From assembly GCA_965261595.1 (NCBI GenBank), contig CBDHDG010000007.1:672001-736000 (forward strand): a stretch of DNA of 64,000 bases, in the 5' to 3' direction. This stretch comes from a bacterium. GTDB lineage: Bacteria; UBA8248; JACPRG01; G963555815. The notes beneath the pieces were generated by a model. It was not told where the DNA came from, did not search any database, and saw only the letters and a program-made list of their open reading frames with translations. Below are positions 1 to 9,802 of the stretch, one piece after another. The position numbers and the translations under genes were made by a program. Within the stretch, counting starts at the first letter, position 1; each line of letters begins with the position of its first letter.

Positions 1-375
1 AAACGCGAGGGGGTCACCCTCCTCCTGACGACGCACTACATGGAAGAGGCCGCCCAGCTCTGCGACCGGATCCTCGTGATGGATCAGGGAAAGGTTTTGA
101 TCGAAGGCAACCCGAGGGAGCTGGTCGAGCGGGAGATCGGCCGGGAGGTGGTCGAGCTGCAGGTGGAGGAGGCTGAGGAGGACCGGGTCCTGGCGGCCGT
201 CTCAGGCAACGAATTCAAGCGCGAGCGGTCCGGGGACACGCTCTACCTTTACACCGAGCGCGCGCTCGAAATCACCGCCCGGCTGAAAGCGGCGGGCTTC
301 CGGCGGCTGCTCTACCGGCCGGCCTCGCTGGAGGACCTGTTCCTGAAGCTGACGGGCCGGGAGCTGCGGGAGTGA
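1..375 (+). CDS. ABC transporter ATP-binding subunit (NodI-like), 5' partial
   Basis: Open from base 1; [17 protein letters not shown]-loop and [12 protein letters not shown]-terminus; overlaps an ABC-2 permease. Confidence 0.9.
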   Translation, partial: KREGVTLLLTTHYMEEAAQLCDRILVMDQGKVLIEGNPRELVEREIGREVVELQVEEAEEDRVLAAVSGNEFKRERSGDTLYLYTERALEITARLKAAGFRRLLYRPASLEDLFLKLTGRELRE

Positions 376-1154
376 TCGGGGCCTCCATGATCCCCGACCT
401 CTCGGTGGGCGTGTTCCACGTCTGGCGGCGGAACCTGGACTCCTTCCGGGGCTACTACCTGGCGGCCATGGTGGCGAACGTCGGCGAGCACCTCATCTAC
501 CTTCTGGGGATGGGGATCGGCGTGGGCGCCTACGTCCGGCTGGGCGGCGACGCCTCGTACCTCCAATTCATCGCCCCCGGCCTGGTGGCGTCCTCGGCCA
601 TGTGGTCCTCCTCCATGGAATGCACCTACGGCGCGTTCACCCGGATGCAGGAGCAGAAGACGTACGACGCCGTCCTGGCCACGCCCTGCTCGGTGGCGGA
701 CGTGGTCCTGGGCGACATCCTGTGGGGCGGATGCCGCGCCGTCATGAGCGCCTTCACGATGCTGATCGTCATGGCGGTCTTCGGCCTCATCGGCTCGCCG
801 CTGTTCCTTTGGATCCTTCCGCTCATGTTCCTGACCGGCCTGGTCTTCTCCGCCCTGGGGATGATGGCCACGGCCCTCTCCCCCTCCTATTTCTTCTTCA
901 ACTACCACTTCACGATCGTGGTCACGCCGATGATCTTCCTCTCGGGGATCTTCTTTCCCCGCGAAGGCGTCGGCGCGGCCTTCAGCGCGTTCACATGGCT
1001 CCTTCCGCTGACCCACGCGGTGGAGGGCGCGCGCGCGCTCAACGAGGGACGGTTTTTCTGGACTGCGCCGGGGGCGATGGCCTGGCTCGCCGCCGCGGCG
1101 GTGATCCTGATCCCGGCGGCGATCCGGATGATCCACAGACGGATCGTCAAATGA
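372..1154 (+). CDS. ABC-2 type permease (NodJ-like)
   Basis: Hydrophobic; YLQFIAPGL and LPLTHAV motifs; GTGA overlap. Confidence 0.9.
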   Translation: MIGASMIPDLSVGVFHVWRRNLDSFRGYYLAAMVANVGEHLIYLLGMGIGVGAYVRLGGDASYLQFIAPGLVASSAMWSSSMECTYGAFTRMQEQKTYDAVLATPCSVADVVLGDILWGGCRAVMSAFTMLIVMAVFGLIGSPLFLWILPLMFLTGLVFSALGMMATALSPSYFFFNYHFTIVVTPMIFLSGIFFPREGVGAAFSAFTWLLPLTHAVEGARALNEGRFFWTAPGAMAWLAAAAVILIPAAIRMIHRRIVK

Positions 1155-2113
1155 CGGATCGCGGCGTCGGCCGGAGCGACGTGACACGAACCGTCTGGCG
1201 GCCGGGCGTTCCCCTCGACCTGGACGCCACCGTCGTCCGGTTCACCGTTTCGTCCGACGAGGCCGTCAACCGGTATGATGGGGAGGTCTTCGAGCGGGTG
1301 CTGGAGGGAGAGGACGGAGGGCTTTACCGGCTGCGCGTCCGCTCCGGGGGCTCGGACCCGGAACGCCCGCGCCTCGGCGTGGAGATCCATCCGGCCGCCC
1401 GGGACCGGAAGGTCCTCGCCGGATTGCGGAAGACCCTCTTCCACATCCTCGCCGTGGACGACGACCTGGAAGCCTTCAGGCGCGTCGCGGCGAAGGACCC
1501 GGTGCTACGCCCCGTTGTCCGGAGGTTTCGGGGACTCCGGCTGGCCCGCGTCCCCACGCTTTTCGAGGCCCTGGTGACGGCGGTGACGGCCCAGCAGGTG
1601 AACCTCGCCTTCGCCGGGACCGTCCGGGCGCGCGCGGTGCGGGCCTACGGGAAGAAGCTGGTCGTGGACGGAGCGGCGCACTATGCCTTTCCCTCGCCCG
1701 AGGCCATGGTCCGCGCGACCGAGGCCCGCTTCCGGAAGATGAAGTTCAGCGGCGCGAAGGCGCGGACCCTCATCGGCCTGGCCGGGGCGTTCGCCTCCGG
1801 GGAGATGGACGGCGTTTTGCGACTGCCGACGCCCGGGGCCGTCGAGCGGCTGACCCGCCTCAAGGGGATCGGCCGCTGGACGGCGGAAACGGCGCTCCTG
1901 CGCGGAGCCGGACGGCTGGACGCCTTCCCGGCGGAGGACCTGGGGGTCCGAAAGATCATCGCGGAATTCTACGGGGGCGGGGTCGCCTCCGCCCGGTCGC
2001 CCAAGACCCAAGGGGACGCCGCCCGAAAGGTCGCCGAGCGTTGGGGGCGGTTCGCCCCGTACGCGATGACATATCTCTTTCACGCCAAGCGGACGGGGGG
2101 AGGGGGAGGATGA
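1151..2113 (+). CDS. alkA: AlkA-family DNA-3-methyladenine glycosylase
   Basis: HhH motif LKGIGRWTA, FPAEDLGVRK; ATGA overlap gives start 1151 (not 602). Confidence 0.85.
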   Translation: MTDRGVGRSDVTRTVWRPGVPLDLDATVVRFTVSSDEAVNRYDGEVFERVLEGEDGGLYRLRVRSGGSDPERPRLGVEIHPAARDRKVLAGLRKTLFHILAVDDDLEAFRRVAAKDPVLRPVVRRFRGLRLARVPTLFEALVTAVTAQQVNLAFAGTVRARAVRAYGKKLVVDGAAHYAFPSPEAMVRATEARFRKMKFSGAKARTLIGLAGAFASGEMDGVLRLPTPGAVERLTRLKGIGRWTAETALLRGAGRLDAFPAEDLGVRKIIAEFYGGGVASARSPKTQGDAARKVAERWGRFAPYAMTYLFHAKRTGGGGG

Positions 2114-2274
2114 GGGGATGCGATAGGCGGTCCGGCGGGATAGAATCATCCGGTCCGCGGATATCCAAGCCGGATCAAACTTCCCCCGGCCTCCGGCCCC
2201 CGGTCCCCGGTCCCCGCTCGGGATGAGCATGTGAGGATTTTTGTCCGGTCATCCGTCTTTCCGGAGAACGACCC

Positions 2275-3438
2275 ATGGTGACGCGCAAGGACATGGAGGC
2301 GCTCGAGGCGCGGGCGCTGGCCCCGTACGCCACCCGCTCGGGTGAATCCCGGGGGCGAAAACACCCCGAGGAGGAGCACCCCTTCCGGACGGCTTTCCAG
2401 CGAGACCGGGACCGGATTATCCACTCCCGCGCCTTCAGACGCCTGGAGTACAAGACCCAGGTGTTCGTCTACCACGAGGGGGACCACTACCGCACCCGCC
2501 TGACGCACACCCTGGAGGCCGTTTCCCTGGCGCGGGTGATCGCCCGCGCGCTGCGCCTGAACGAGGACCTGGCCGAGGCCATCGCCCTGGCGCACGACCT
2601 GGGCCATCCGCCCTTCGGCCATTCGGGCGAGACTGTCCTGGACCGGCTCATGGGCGATCACGGCGGCTTCGAGCACAACCTCCAGGGGCTCCGCGTCGTG
2701 GAGCTGCTGGAAGACCGGTATCCGGATTTTCCGGGGCTGAACCTGACCTGGGAGACCCGGGAGGGGATCCTGAAGCACAACGCCCCGTCCGACACCCCCG
2801 GGGCGCAGGGGCTTCATCCGGAGCTCGAGCCGGACCTCTCCTCCAGCCTGGAGGCCCGGATCGCCGACCTCTCGGACGAGATCGCCTACAACAACCACGA
2901 CATCGACGACGGGCTGACCTCCGATCTCCTGCACCCGGAGGACTTGCAGGAGGTGGACCTGTGGCGGGAGACCTTTCATTCCGTCCGGCGGGAGCATCCG
3001 GATTCGGCGATGCGCGTCCTCAAGCACCAGACGATCCGGGGGATCATCAACCGGTTCGTGACCGACGTCATCGACAACACCGAAATGCGCCTGAGGGAGC
3101 TCGGGATCGCCTCGCTGGAGGACGTCCGGACCTGCCGGGAGCCCCTGGTCTGCTTCAGCCCGGAGATGGAGGAGAAAAAGAAGCGCCTCAAGGATTTTCT
3201 CTTCCGGCAGATGTACCGCAACTACCGGGTCGTCCGGATGGAGGACAAGACCGACCGCCTTCTCACCGACCTTTTCGGGGCCTACCTGGGACGGCAGGAG
3301 CAGCTTCCTCCCCGGATCTACGAGAAGTGCCGGGCGGGGATCCCCGAGCGCGTGATCTGCGATTACATCGCCGGGATGACGGACCGCTTCGCGCAGGACG
3401 AGCACCGAAAACTCTTCGACCCACACGCCCGCGTGTAA
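2275..3438 (+). CDS. dgt: dGTP triphosphohydrolase
   Basis: FQRDRDRI, RTRLTHTLE, HDLGHPPFGH, DYIAGMTDRFA. Confidence 0.95.
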   Translation: MVTRKDMEALEARALAPYATRSGESRGRKHPEEEHPFRTAFQRDRDRIIHSRAFRRLEYKTQVFVYHEGDHYRTRLTHTLEAVSLARVIARALRLNEDLAEAIALAHDLGHPPFGHSGETVLDRLMGDHGGFEHNLQGLRVVELLEDRYPDFPGLNLTWETREGILKHNAPSDTPGAQGLHPELEPDLSSSLEARIADLSDEIAYNNHDIDDGLTSDLLHPEDLQEVDLWRETFHSVRREHPDSAMRVLKHQTIRGIINRFVTDVIDNTEMRLRELGIASLEDVRTCREPLVCFSPEMEEKKKRLKDFLFRQMYRNYRVVRMEDKTDRLLTDLFGAYLGRQEQLPPRIYEKCRAGIPERVICDYIAGMTDRFAQDEHRKLFDPHARV

Positions 3439-3548
3439 ATCCGCCCCACAGAGAGGCCCCGCTTCAGGAGCGAGCGGTGGAGGACCTTCGTTCTATCCGC
3501 CGAATCCGCTCTCTCCCCGGTTCCCCCCAAAAAAAGGTCAGCGGACAT

Positions 3549-3588
3549 AATAAGGCCCCGGAGCCAAGGGCGCCTCCGGGGCCTTATT
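3549..3588. terminator. Hairpin terminator between convergent genes
   Basis: AATAAGGCCCCGGAG...CTCCGGGGCCTTATT inverted repeat; same stem at 4871-4909. Confidence 0.7.
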
Positions 3589-3632
3589 CCAGTCATCGAC
3601 GCGCCGCCTGGACGCGTTGCGGCCGACCCGCG

Positions 3633-4653
3633 CTAGCGCACTTTATCGCCGAGTTTCGCCTTGATGGCCGACCACTGCGGGAGGAAGCGGTTGGTGTACA
3701 TGTTATTCGTCGGAATACGCCTCTTCAACTTCGAGAGCGTCGTGAGAGTCTCAACGGTTTTGTCCATCTTCGCGTGGTCCATGTACCCCAAACCGTGACG
3801 CCGGGTGCCATCGTCCCACAGGTACTCCAGCATGATCGCGAAGTGCTCTCGGATGATGTGCTCGCTCATGGCCGGCGCATACTTGAGGAAGTTCTTAATA
3901 GCGTCGTCCACGTGGATCGCTGACCAGACGAAGGCCTCCATGAGGGCCCTGACGGTGTTCTTGATGAACTTCGCGCGCTTCTCCATGTCAGGATCGCGGA
4001 CGATGACACCGTTATTGTAAATGTTGACGCCCCATTCCCCATAATTGAAATAGCCGATCTCCAGTCCGCTCTTGGAGGCCTTTGGAAGGGCAGTGGGCAG
4101 CTCGGTGGCGAACCACAGGGCGACATCCGTCTTTCCAGTCAAGAGGGAGGGGAGGACAGCCCCATAACCCATGTCAACCCACTTAACTTTCGAGATTTTG
4201 TTGGCTTCGGCAAAGGCCAGCCAGACAACGCGAACGGCGTTGCCGATCGGTGCACCGATGATGGCGCCCCCTAAATCTTTGGGCGTCTTGTAGCCCTTCT
4301 TTTTCAAGAAGGCCGCAATCATGATCGTCTTGGCGTGAACCATGGCGACCTGCGTGACCTTGAGGTTGCTGTTGGCCCGGCCGTTGACCAGCGAGCCAGC
4401 GTCGGCGAATCCAATGTCTCCGACTCCGGAGGCGATGTCCTTGATGGTTCTACCCGAGCCGAAGCCCCGCTTGTAAGTCACGTCAATGCCGTACTTTCTT
4501 GTAAAAACCCATGTCCTTGGCCACGAAGAAAGGCGCGTGCTTTCCGTAGATGATCCAGTCCAGCAGGAAAGTCGTCTTTTGCGCTCCCGCCTGTGAAGCC
4601 AGTCCTCCGAGCAAGAACAAGCAAGCCGCCAAGGCAATTCCGTGTTTCCTCAT
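3633..4653 (-). CDS. NMT1/THI5-like ABC substrate-binding protein, frameshifted near 4497 (pseudogene or sequencing error)
   Basis: Signal peptide + LDW..YGKHAPFF in ORF 4483-4671 continues in frame 3633-4637; one extra base relative to the paralog. Confidence 0.85.
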
Positions 4654-4772
4654 CGAAATTTCCCCTTCCATCCCTCAGGGTTATCCCAATTTCGCCTTCC
4701 GGGGAGATCCCGGAAAGGTCTTTTCGGCCAACGAGGCTCACTCTCTGTCTTTTCTCTCTCTTTCAGGTTGAA

Positions 4773-4806
4773 GCTGATATTATCTCAATTTGCGCCATAT
4801 CACAAC
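4773..4806 (-). promoter_or_regulatory. Putative sigma70 promoter of NMT1-like gene 1
   Basis: TTGTGA-N17-TAATAT; equivalent TTGTGG-N17-TAAAAT upstream of the paralog. Confidence 0.5.
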
Positions 4807-4867
4807 TCAAATATGGCGAAGCCGAGGGCCCCGCCTTCCCGTCGGGATGAAAAGGATCTCGCGGATC

Positions 4868-4909
4868 AAAAAAAGGCCCCGGAGCGAATGTGAATCTCCG
4901 GGGCCTTTT
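4868..4909 (-). terminator. Rho-independent terminator
   Basis: AGGCCCCGGAG stem followed by U-tract on the minus strand. Confidence 0.75.
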
Positions 4910-4955
4910 CGCGGTCATCGCCGCGCGGACGATTCGCGGCGAACGCTGGAATCGC

Positions 4956-5999
4956 TTACATCGCCTTTTTCCCCAAAGTGGCCTTGATTTCCGCCCACTG
5001 GGGAAGGAACCGGTTCGTGAACATGTCTTTGGTCGGCACGCGGCTTTTGAGCTTCTGAAGCTTTGTGAGGAGCTCGACGGTTTTGTCCATCTTGTCGAAG
5101 TCCATATAACCCAAACCGTGTCGCCGGACGCCCTCGTCGAAGAAATACTCGAGGGCGATGGCGAACTGCCCGCGAACGATGTGCTCGCTCATCCCCGGGG
5201 CGTACTTGAGGAAGTTACCGATGGCCTTGTCCACGTTCACCATGGACCACGCCCAGGCTTCGATATTGGCCTTCACGGCGTTGCGGACAAAATCGGGTTT
5301 AGACTGAATGGTTTCTTCCCGGACGATGATCCCGTTGTTGTAAACCTTGACGCCGTAGTCGCCGTAGGAGAACCAGGCCATCTCTTTTCCGATCTTCTTG
5401 GCCGCCTCGATCTGTTTGGGCACCTCGGTGGCAAACCAAAGGGCCACATCGATCTGACCGGTCAACATCGCGGGCGTGACCTGTGCGTACGTCATATTGA
5501 TGAACTTGACCGACTTGACGTCCAGCCCGTTGGCCGCGGCGAACGCCGGGAAGATCACCCGGACGGCGTTGGCCTGGGGCGATCCGATCCGCGCGCCGGC
5601 CAAGTCCTTGGGCGACTGATATTTCCCCTTGAAGAAGAAGGCGTTCATGATCGTTTTGGCGTGACCCATGGCGACCACTTTGATCTTGATATCGGGGTTG
5701 TTGGCACGCGCGTTAACCAGCGAGGCGGCGTCGGCGAACCCAATCGGGGCCACCCGGGCGGCGACCTTCTTGATGGTGTCCCCCGATCCGAAGCCACGCA
5801 TGTATTTCACGCCCAGCCCGACCTTTTTGTAAAAACCGAAATCCTGAGCCGCAAAAAACGGGGCGTGCTTTCCGTAGACGATCCAGTCCAGCAGGAAGGT
5901 CGTCTTCGCCGCTTTCTCCTGTGAGACCAGCGCCCCGAGCAATAACAAACATGCCGCCAAGGCGATTGCGTGTTTCCTCCTCGATATTCCCCCCTCCAT
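4956..5999 (-). CDS. NMT1/THI5-like ABC substrate-binding protein (paralog 2)
   Basis: Signal peptide, LDWIVYGKHAPFF, GFGSGDT; collinear with the 3633-4653 copy. Confidence 0.9.
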   Translation of the reverse strand: MEGGISRRKHAIALAACLLLLGALVSQEKAAKTTFLLDWIVYGKHAPFFAAQDFGFYKKVGLGVKYMRGFGSGDTIKKVAARVAPIGFADAASLVNARANNPDIKIKVVAMGHAKTIMNAFFFKGKYQSPKDLAGARIGSPQANAVRVIFPAFAAANGLDVKSVKFINMTYAQVTPAMLTGQIDVALWFATEVPKQIEAAKKIGKEMAWFSYGDYGVKVYNNGIIVREETIQSKPDFVRNAVKANIEAWAWSMVNVDKAIGNFLKYAPGMSEHIVRGQFAIALEYFFDEGVRRHGLGYMDFDKMDKTVELLTKLQKLKSRVPTKDMFTNRFLPQWAEIKATLGKKAM

Positions 6000-6107
6000 C
6001 CCTACAGGATTGTCCCAATTTCGCCTTCCGGGGAGATCCCGGAAAGGTCTTTTCGGCCAACGAGGCCCACTCTCTGTCTTTCTTTTTTTTCTTTCAGGTC
6101 GAGCCTG

Positions 6108-6143
6108 ATTTTACCGCAATTCGCGGCTGGCCACAACTCAAAT
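6108..6143 (-). promoter_or_regulatory. Putative sigma70 promoter of NMT1-like gene 2
   Basis: ATTTGAG-TTGTGG-N17-TAAAAT. Confidence 0.5.
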
Positions 6144-6198
6144 CGGGCGAACGAATTCAGGGCCAAGGCAATAGAGGATGTTCTCCGGCCCCGAGCGC

Positions 6199-6555
6199 TC
6201 ACCCGTCTCGGCCGCGCTCGATTTCCAGAATCACGGTCTCCGCATCGGGGACGGCCCCCGGCTTCCCGAGCCGGACCTTGATCCGCTCCAGTGGAAAACG
6301 CGACAGGCAAAGCCCCGCGACCTCTTCGGCCAACGCCTCCATCAATCGGCAGTCGCTCGCCTCGACGTGCGCCTTCACCTCCGCCGCCACCCGGGCGTAA
6401 TCGACAATGGGCTCCTCCGAGCCTCTCGGGGCCGTGGGATCAAGCGGAAACTCCAGGTCGATCACCACGGACCTCAGGGTCTCGCGCTCCCAGTCATACA
6501 CCCCGAGGATGCATCGGGCTTCCAAGGCCCGAATGATGAACCGGTCCCGTTTCAA
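6199..6555 (-). CDS. folB: Dihydroneopterin aldolase
   Basis: ILGVYDWER, VDYA, LMEALAE, KPGA; TTG start after GGAG. Confidence 0.9.
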   Translation of the reverse strand: MKRDRFIIRALEARCILGVYDWERETLRSVVIDLEFPLDPTAPRGSEEPIVDYARVAAEVKAHVEASDCRLMEALAEEVAGLCLSRFPLERIKVRLGKPGAVPDAETVILEIERGRDG

Positions 6556-6689
6556 GGCCCCGCTCCACGCCGGATGTCGAAAAAACCGAATCCCAACCCA
6601 TTCTTCCCGCTCACGCTTCCATCTCGAAAACCCGATTCGGCCCAAGACCCCCCGGTTTCCATTGGACGCGATTTCTGTCCGGTTATAAT

Positions 6690-7010
6690 ATGTCAATCAT
6701 GCCCGATAAAGAGAAGACGCATATTGAGCCGGTGGAAGACGGGGGCTTTATCCGGCTCCCGGAGGAAGTCCTGAGCGCCTTGGGCCTGTCCCCCGGCAAG
6801 GAGGTCAAAATCCGCCTGACGGGGAATCGCGTGACGATCGAGCGGCACATCGCCGACCCCTTCGCGGAGTACCGGAATCGGCCCGAAGCGCCCAGCATGG
6901 ATGACCTCATTCAGGCGGATGCCGAGAAAAAAAAGGTTGTGTCGAAAGAGTTCGAAGAACGCCTCAAGGAAAAACCGGAGTATTCACCCGAAGACCACCC
7001 CGACTTCTGA
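6690..7010 (+). CDS. AbrB/MazE-type DNA-binding domain protein
   Basis: GFIRLPEEVLSALGLSPGKEV pattern; TATAAT directly upstream. Confidence 0.65.
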   Translation: MSIMPDKEKTHIEPVEDGGFIRLPEEVLSALGLSPGKEVKIRLTGNRVTIERHIADPFAEYRNRPEAPSMDDLIQADAEKKKVVSKEFEERLKEKPEYSPEDHPDF

Positions 7011-7179
7011 CGGTAGACCAGGGGTTGCGCGGACTCCCACGCGCCTTCACCTCCCCTCCCCCCCAACCAACACCTCTCCGCAAAAGAGAAGAACCCCGCA
7101 CGGCTGAATATCCGGCGCGGTGGACCGAGTATCCGCACCCCCCACCTCCCCATGACGGCCTTCCGCGGGCCTCCGGGCT

Positions 7180-8490
7180 TCATCCCCGGCCGACGAGGAT
7201 GGCCCGGGATATCGTTGCGCAGAGCCGGTTGCGCTCTTGGGTGAGGCGCGCCCGGAGCGCCTTCCATTCGCCGCTCTCCGGATCCAGACGGTTCATCCCA
7301 AGCGCGCGCTGCGGGCCGGGCAGGACGCCCCGGTTCCCTCCGGCGTCGCGGCCGAAGGGGCCGTTCTCGGTATAAAGAACCGGGTTGAGCAGGAGGCAGA
7401 TGTCCAGCATCTTCCGGTTGAAGTCCCCCGCCCGCATTTCCTCGTGCTCCTCCTCGTGGTCCTCCAGGACGACGACCAGCTCCTTGACCGCTTCTCGGGC
7501 CTCCCCGAAGTTGAACGCATCGCCCACCTCTTCCTGAAGGACCTCCAGCTCCCCCCAGAGGACGTCGGCGACTGTCATCATTTCAAACGGCGCGCGGGGA
7601 TGGGCGCACAGGTCGAAAAGGGCGTTCGCGTTGAAAGCCGTCCACCGGGCCATCGCGTCCCCGTCGATTGCGTCGGGGTCCTCCTCCATGGAATGTGGGG
7701 GAGGACGAAACGCAACCGAGGGCAAGCCGACGCCCAGGAAGCTGCCGTCGGCGTCCCGGGGCGGCGGACCGGGCTCGGTCTCCCGTCCCGACAGCCGGTC
7801 CGCCATGTGCCGGGTCCAATCCGCCAGCTCGGCGGTGGCATGGGGTGAATGGCTCGAAACCAATTGGCCAGCAATCCGGTCCACGTTGAAGTAGGCCATG
7901 CAGCGGGTGCGGAGCAGATCGAATTTGTTGTCCGCGTACCACTCGGCGGCGCCGAACCCGATATCCCCCCCCCCCTCTCCCCCGCCCCCGCCGCCGCCCC
8001 CGTTCCACCAGGCGATGCGCACGCCATGGCTCAGCTCGTTTCTGCGCCGGTGAAGCAGGCGGGCCATCTCCAGGAGCGAGGCGTCCGCGCCTCCACCCGC
8101 CAGAACGAAAAGGGCGGTCCCGCCGTCCGGGACGATGTTGGTCATGGGGAAGCGAATGCGGCGCCATTCCCCCCGCTCCTGTGAATTGGAAGGGAGGGAG
8201 GAGGAGGGGGGGGGGGGAATGCGGACCTCGCACTCATGGACCGTCACCGGAAGGCCTTCTGACTCCAGCTCGGCCTCGATGTAGCGGAGCGGCGTCTCCG
8301 CGCCGCCGGGTCCGGCAGGCCGATCCCGCGCGCGGCTCTTTTCGAGATGCCTCCGGAGCCGGTCCTCGTTCAGGTCATCTGAAATGATTGAAACGCGCCG
8401 GTCGGCGAACGCCTCCTGTTCCTGACGGTGGCCGTGGTCGGCAGGATCATGACCGTGGCGCCGGCCGTCGCCGTGTGGATGGTGGTTCAT
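7180..8490 (-). CDS. Divergent M28 peptidase-like protein with His-rich N-terminus
   Basis: LLEMARLL...RIAWW, WYAD...AYFNVD, DGSFLGVGLPS resemble M28 family; metal-ligand segments look degenerate. Confidence 0.55.
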   Translation of the reverse strand: MNHHPHGDGRRHGHDPADHGHRQEQEAFADRRVSIISDDLNEDRLRRHLEKSRARDRPAGPGGAETPLRYIEAELESEGLPVTVHECEVRIPPPPSSSLPSNSQERGEWRRIRFPMTNIVPDGGTALFVLAGGGADASLLEMARLLHRRRNELSHGVRIAWWNGGGGGGGGEGGGDIGFGAAEWYADNKFDLLRTRCMAYFNVDRIAGQLVSSHSPHATAELADWTRHMADRLSGRETEPGPPPRDADGSFLGVGLPSVAFRPPPHSMEEDPDAIDGDAMARWTAFNANALFDLCAHPRAPFEMMTVADVLWGELEVLQEEVGDAFNFGEAREAVKELVVVLEDHEEEHEEMRAGDFNRKMLDICLLLNPVLYTENGPFGRDAGGNRGVLPGPQRALGMNRLDPESGEWKALRARLTQERNRLCATISRAILVGRG

Positions 8491-8672
8491 CGATGGAACC
8501 CCTTCGGTCGGGACAGGTTCATGGTGGTTCGCATCTTACCCAATCCGCATGCCGAATGTCCTTGTTGTTCGGCCTGCGTTGTAGGAATATTGGACTTGAC
8601 CCGGCGATTGATCCGGTGCGAGAATTGTAAGCTGCACTGTCACGGTTTCGAAAACATGAGAGGGTTCGCCAA

Positions 8673-8963
8673 ATGCCCCCCAAATACAAGCCCGGGGACC
8701 GGATACGCGTCCAAAACCAGGTCCGCTGGGGACATATCCGGACGCCGTTGTTTATCCTGGGAAAAACCGGAGTCGTCGAGACCTGCCGGGGCGAGTTTCC
8801 CGACCCGGAGCAGTTGGCCTATGGGATGGACGGCCTCCCGGCCGTGCCTTGTTACTGCATCAAGTTCGATTATCCCGAGGTCTGGGGCGACAGCTGCCCC
8901 GATCTTTCCAGGAACGATAAGATGTACATCGACATCTTCGAGCACTGGCTGGAGTCGGATTAA
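8673..8963 (+). CDS. Nitrile hydratase beta C-terminal SH3-like subunit (thiocyanate hydrolase alpha-like)
   Basis: YKPGDRIRV, GHIRTP.FI.GKTGVV, FPDPE..AYG, IDIFEHWLE. Confidence 0.85.
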   Translation: MPPKYKPGDRIRVQNQVRWGHIRTPLFILGKTGVVETCRGEFPDPEQLAYGMDGLPAVPCYCIKFDYPEVWGDSCPDLSRNDKMYIDIFEHWLESD

Positions 8964-9023
8964 TCGCGGCGTCGAGAGGTTCCGTTGATCCGGACGCCGC
9001 CGTCGGAGGAGAAGGAGAAGATC

Positions 9024-9788
9024 ATGGCCATAAGAGAGCACGCTCCCGGCCGGGGGGATGGGGTGAAGCCCGATGTCCCGCCCATCTACGACGACACCGC
9101 CGACTTCACAAAATACAACTACAACAAAGGTCACGCGCCCGTTCCTCACAATAAGCACGACCACCACCACATCGACACGACCCCGCATGATATGACCTAC
9201 TGGGAGCAGCGGATCAGCGGTCTGTCCCGGCTCTTGGTCGAAAAGGGAATCATCACCCTGGACGAGATGCGGCGGAGCATCGAAGAGGACCAGTCCCGGA
9301 ACATCGCCCTGGGGGCGAGGGTGGTCGCCAGGGCGTGGGTGGACCCGGAGTTCAAGAAGAGATTACTCGAAGACGCCCGCGAAGCCAGCAAGGAGGTCGG
9401 CGTCCAGATGGAAACGACCGACCTGGTGGCCTACGAGCAGACCGACGAGGTTCACTGGGTGGTCGTCTGCACGCTTTGCTCCTGTTATCCGCGGACGCTC
9501 CTGGGCAATCCCCCGGCCTGGTTCAAGAGCACGGCGTACCGAAACCGGGTGGTCGTCGACCCGCGCGGGGTGCTGAAAGACGAGTTCGGGACGGTGATCC
9601 CGGATGACGTGGAAATCCGCGTCATCGACAGCACCGCCGACGTCCGGTTTATCATCCTCCCCAAACGGCCCGAGGGGACTGAGGGGATGAGCGAAGAAGC
9701 GCTGGCCGATCTGGTGACGTGCGAATCGGTCACCGGCGTCGCTCATGCCAAAGGGCCGGGACAGGCCCGCACGAGCGCCCATTATTAA
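9024..9788 (+). CDS. nthA: Cobalt-type nitrile hydratase alpha / thiocyanate hydrolase gamma subunit
   Basis: VCTLCSCY metal motif, GARVVARAWVDPEFK, DSTADVRFIILPKRP. Confidence 0.9.
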   Translation: MAIREHAPGRGDGVKPDVPPIYDDTADFTKYNYNKGHAPVPHNKHDHHHIDTTPHDMTYWEQRISGLSRLLVEKGIITLDEMRRSIEEDQSRNIALGARVVARAWVDPEFKKRLLEDAREASKEVGVQMETTDLVAYEQTDEVHWVVVCTLCSCYPRTLLGNPPAWFKSTAYRNRVVVDPRGVLKDEFGTVIPDDVEIRVIDSTADVRFIILPKRPEGTEGMSEEALADLVTCESVTGVAHAKGPGQARTSAHY

Positions 9789-9802
9789 GCCTGGATGATT
9801 GT

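Noticed and set aside
2184..2215. Short CCGG(T/C)CC tandem repeats
   Set aside because: Low-complexity GC-rich intergenic sequence; no evidence of function.
4490..4505. Programmed ribosomal frameshift in NMT1 paralog 1
   Set aside because: No canonical slippery heptamer; similar 1-nt indels elsewhere (RAYT, IS3 orfA, prmC) suggest errors or decay.
4684..4770. TPP or glycine riboswitch
   Set aside because: No CTGAGA/ACCTGAT TPP core; the glycine-like TCTTTCAGGT is on the strand opposite the gene.
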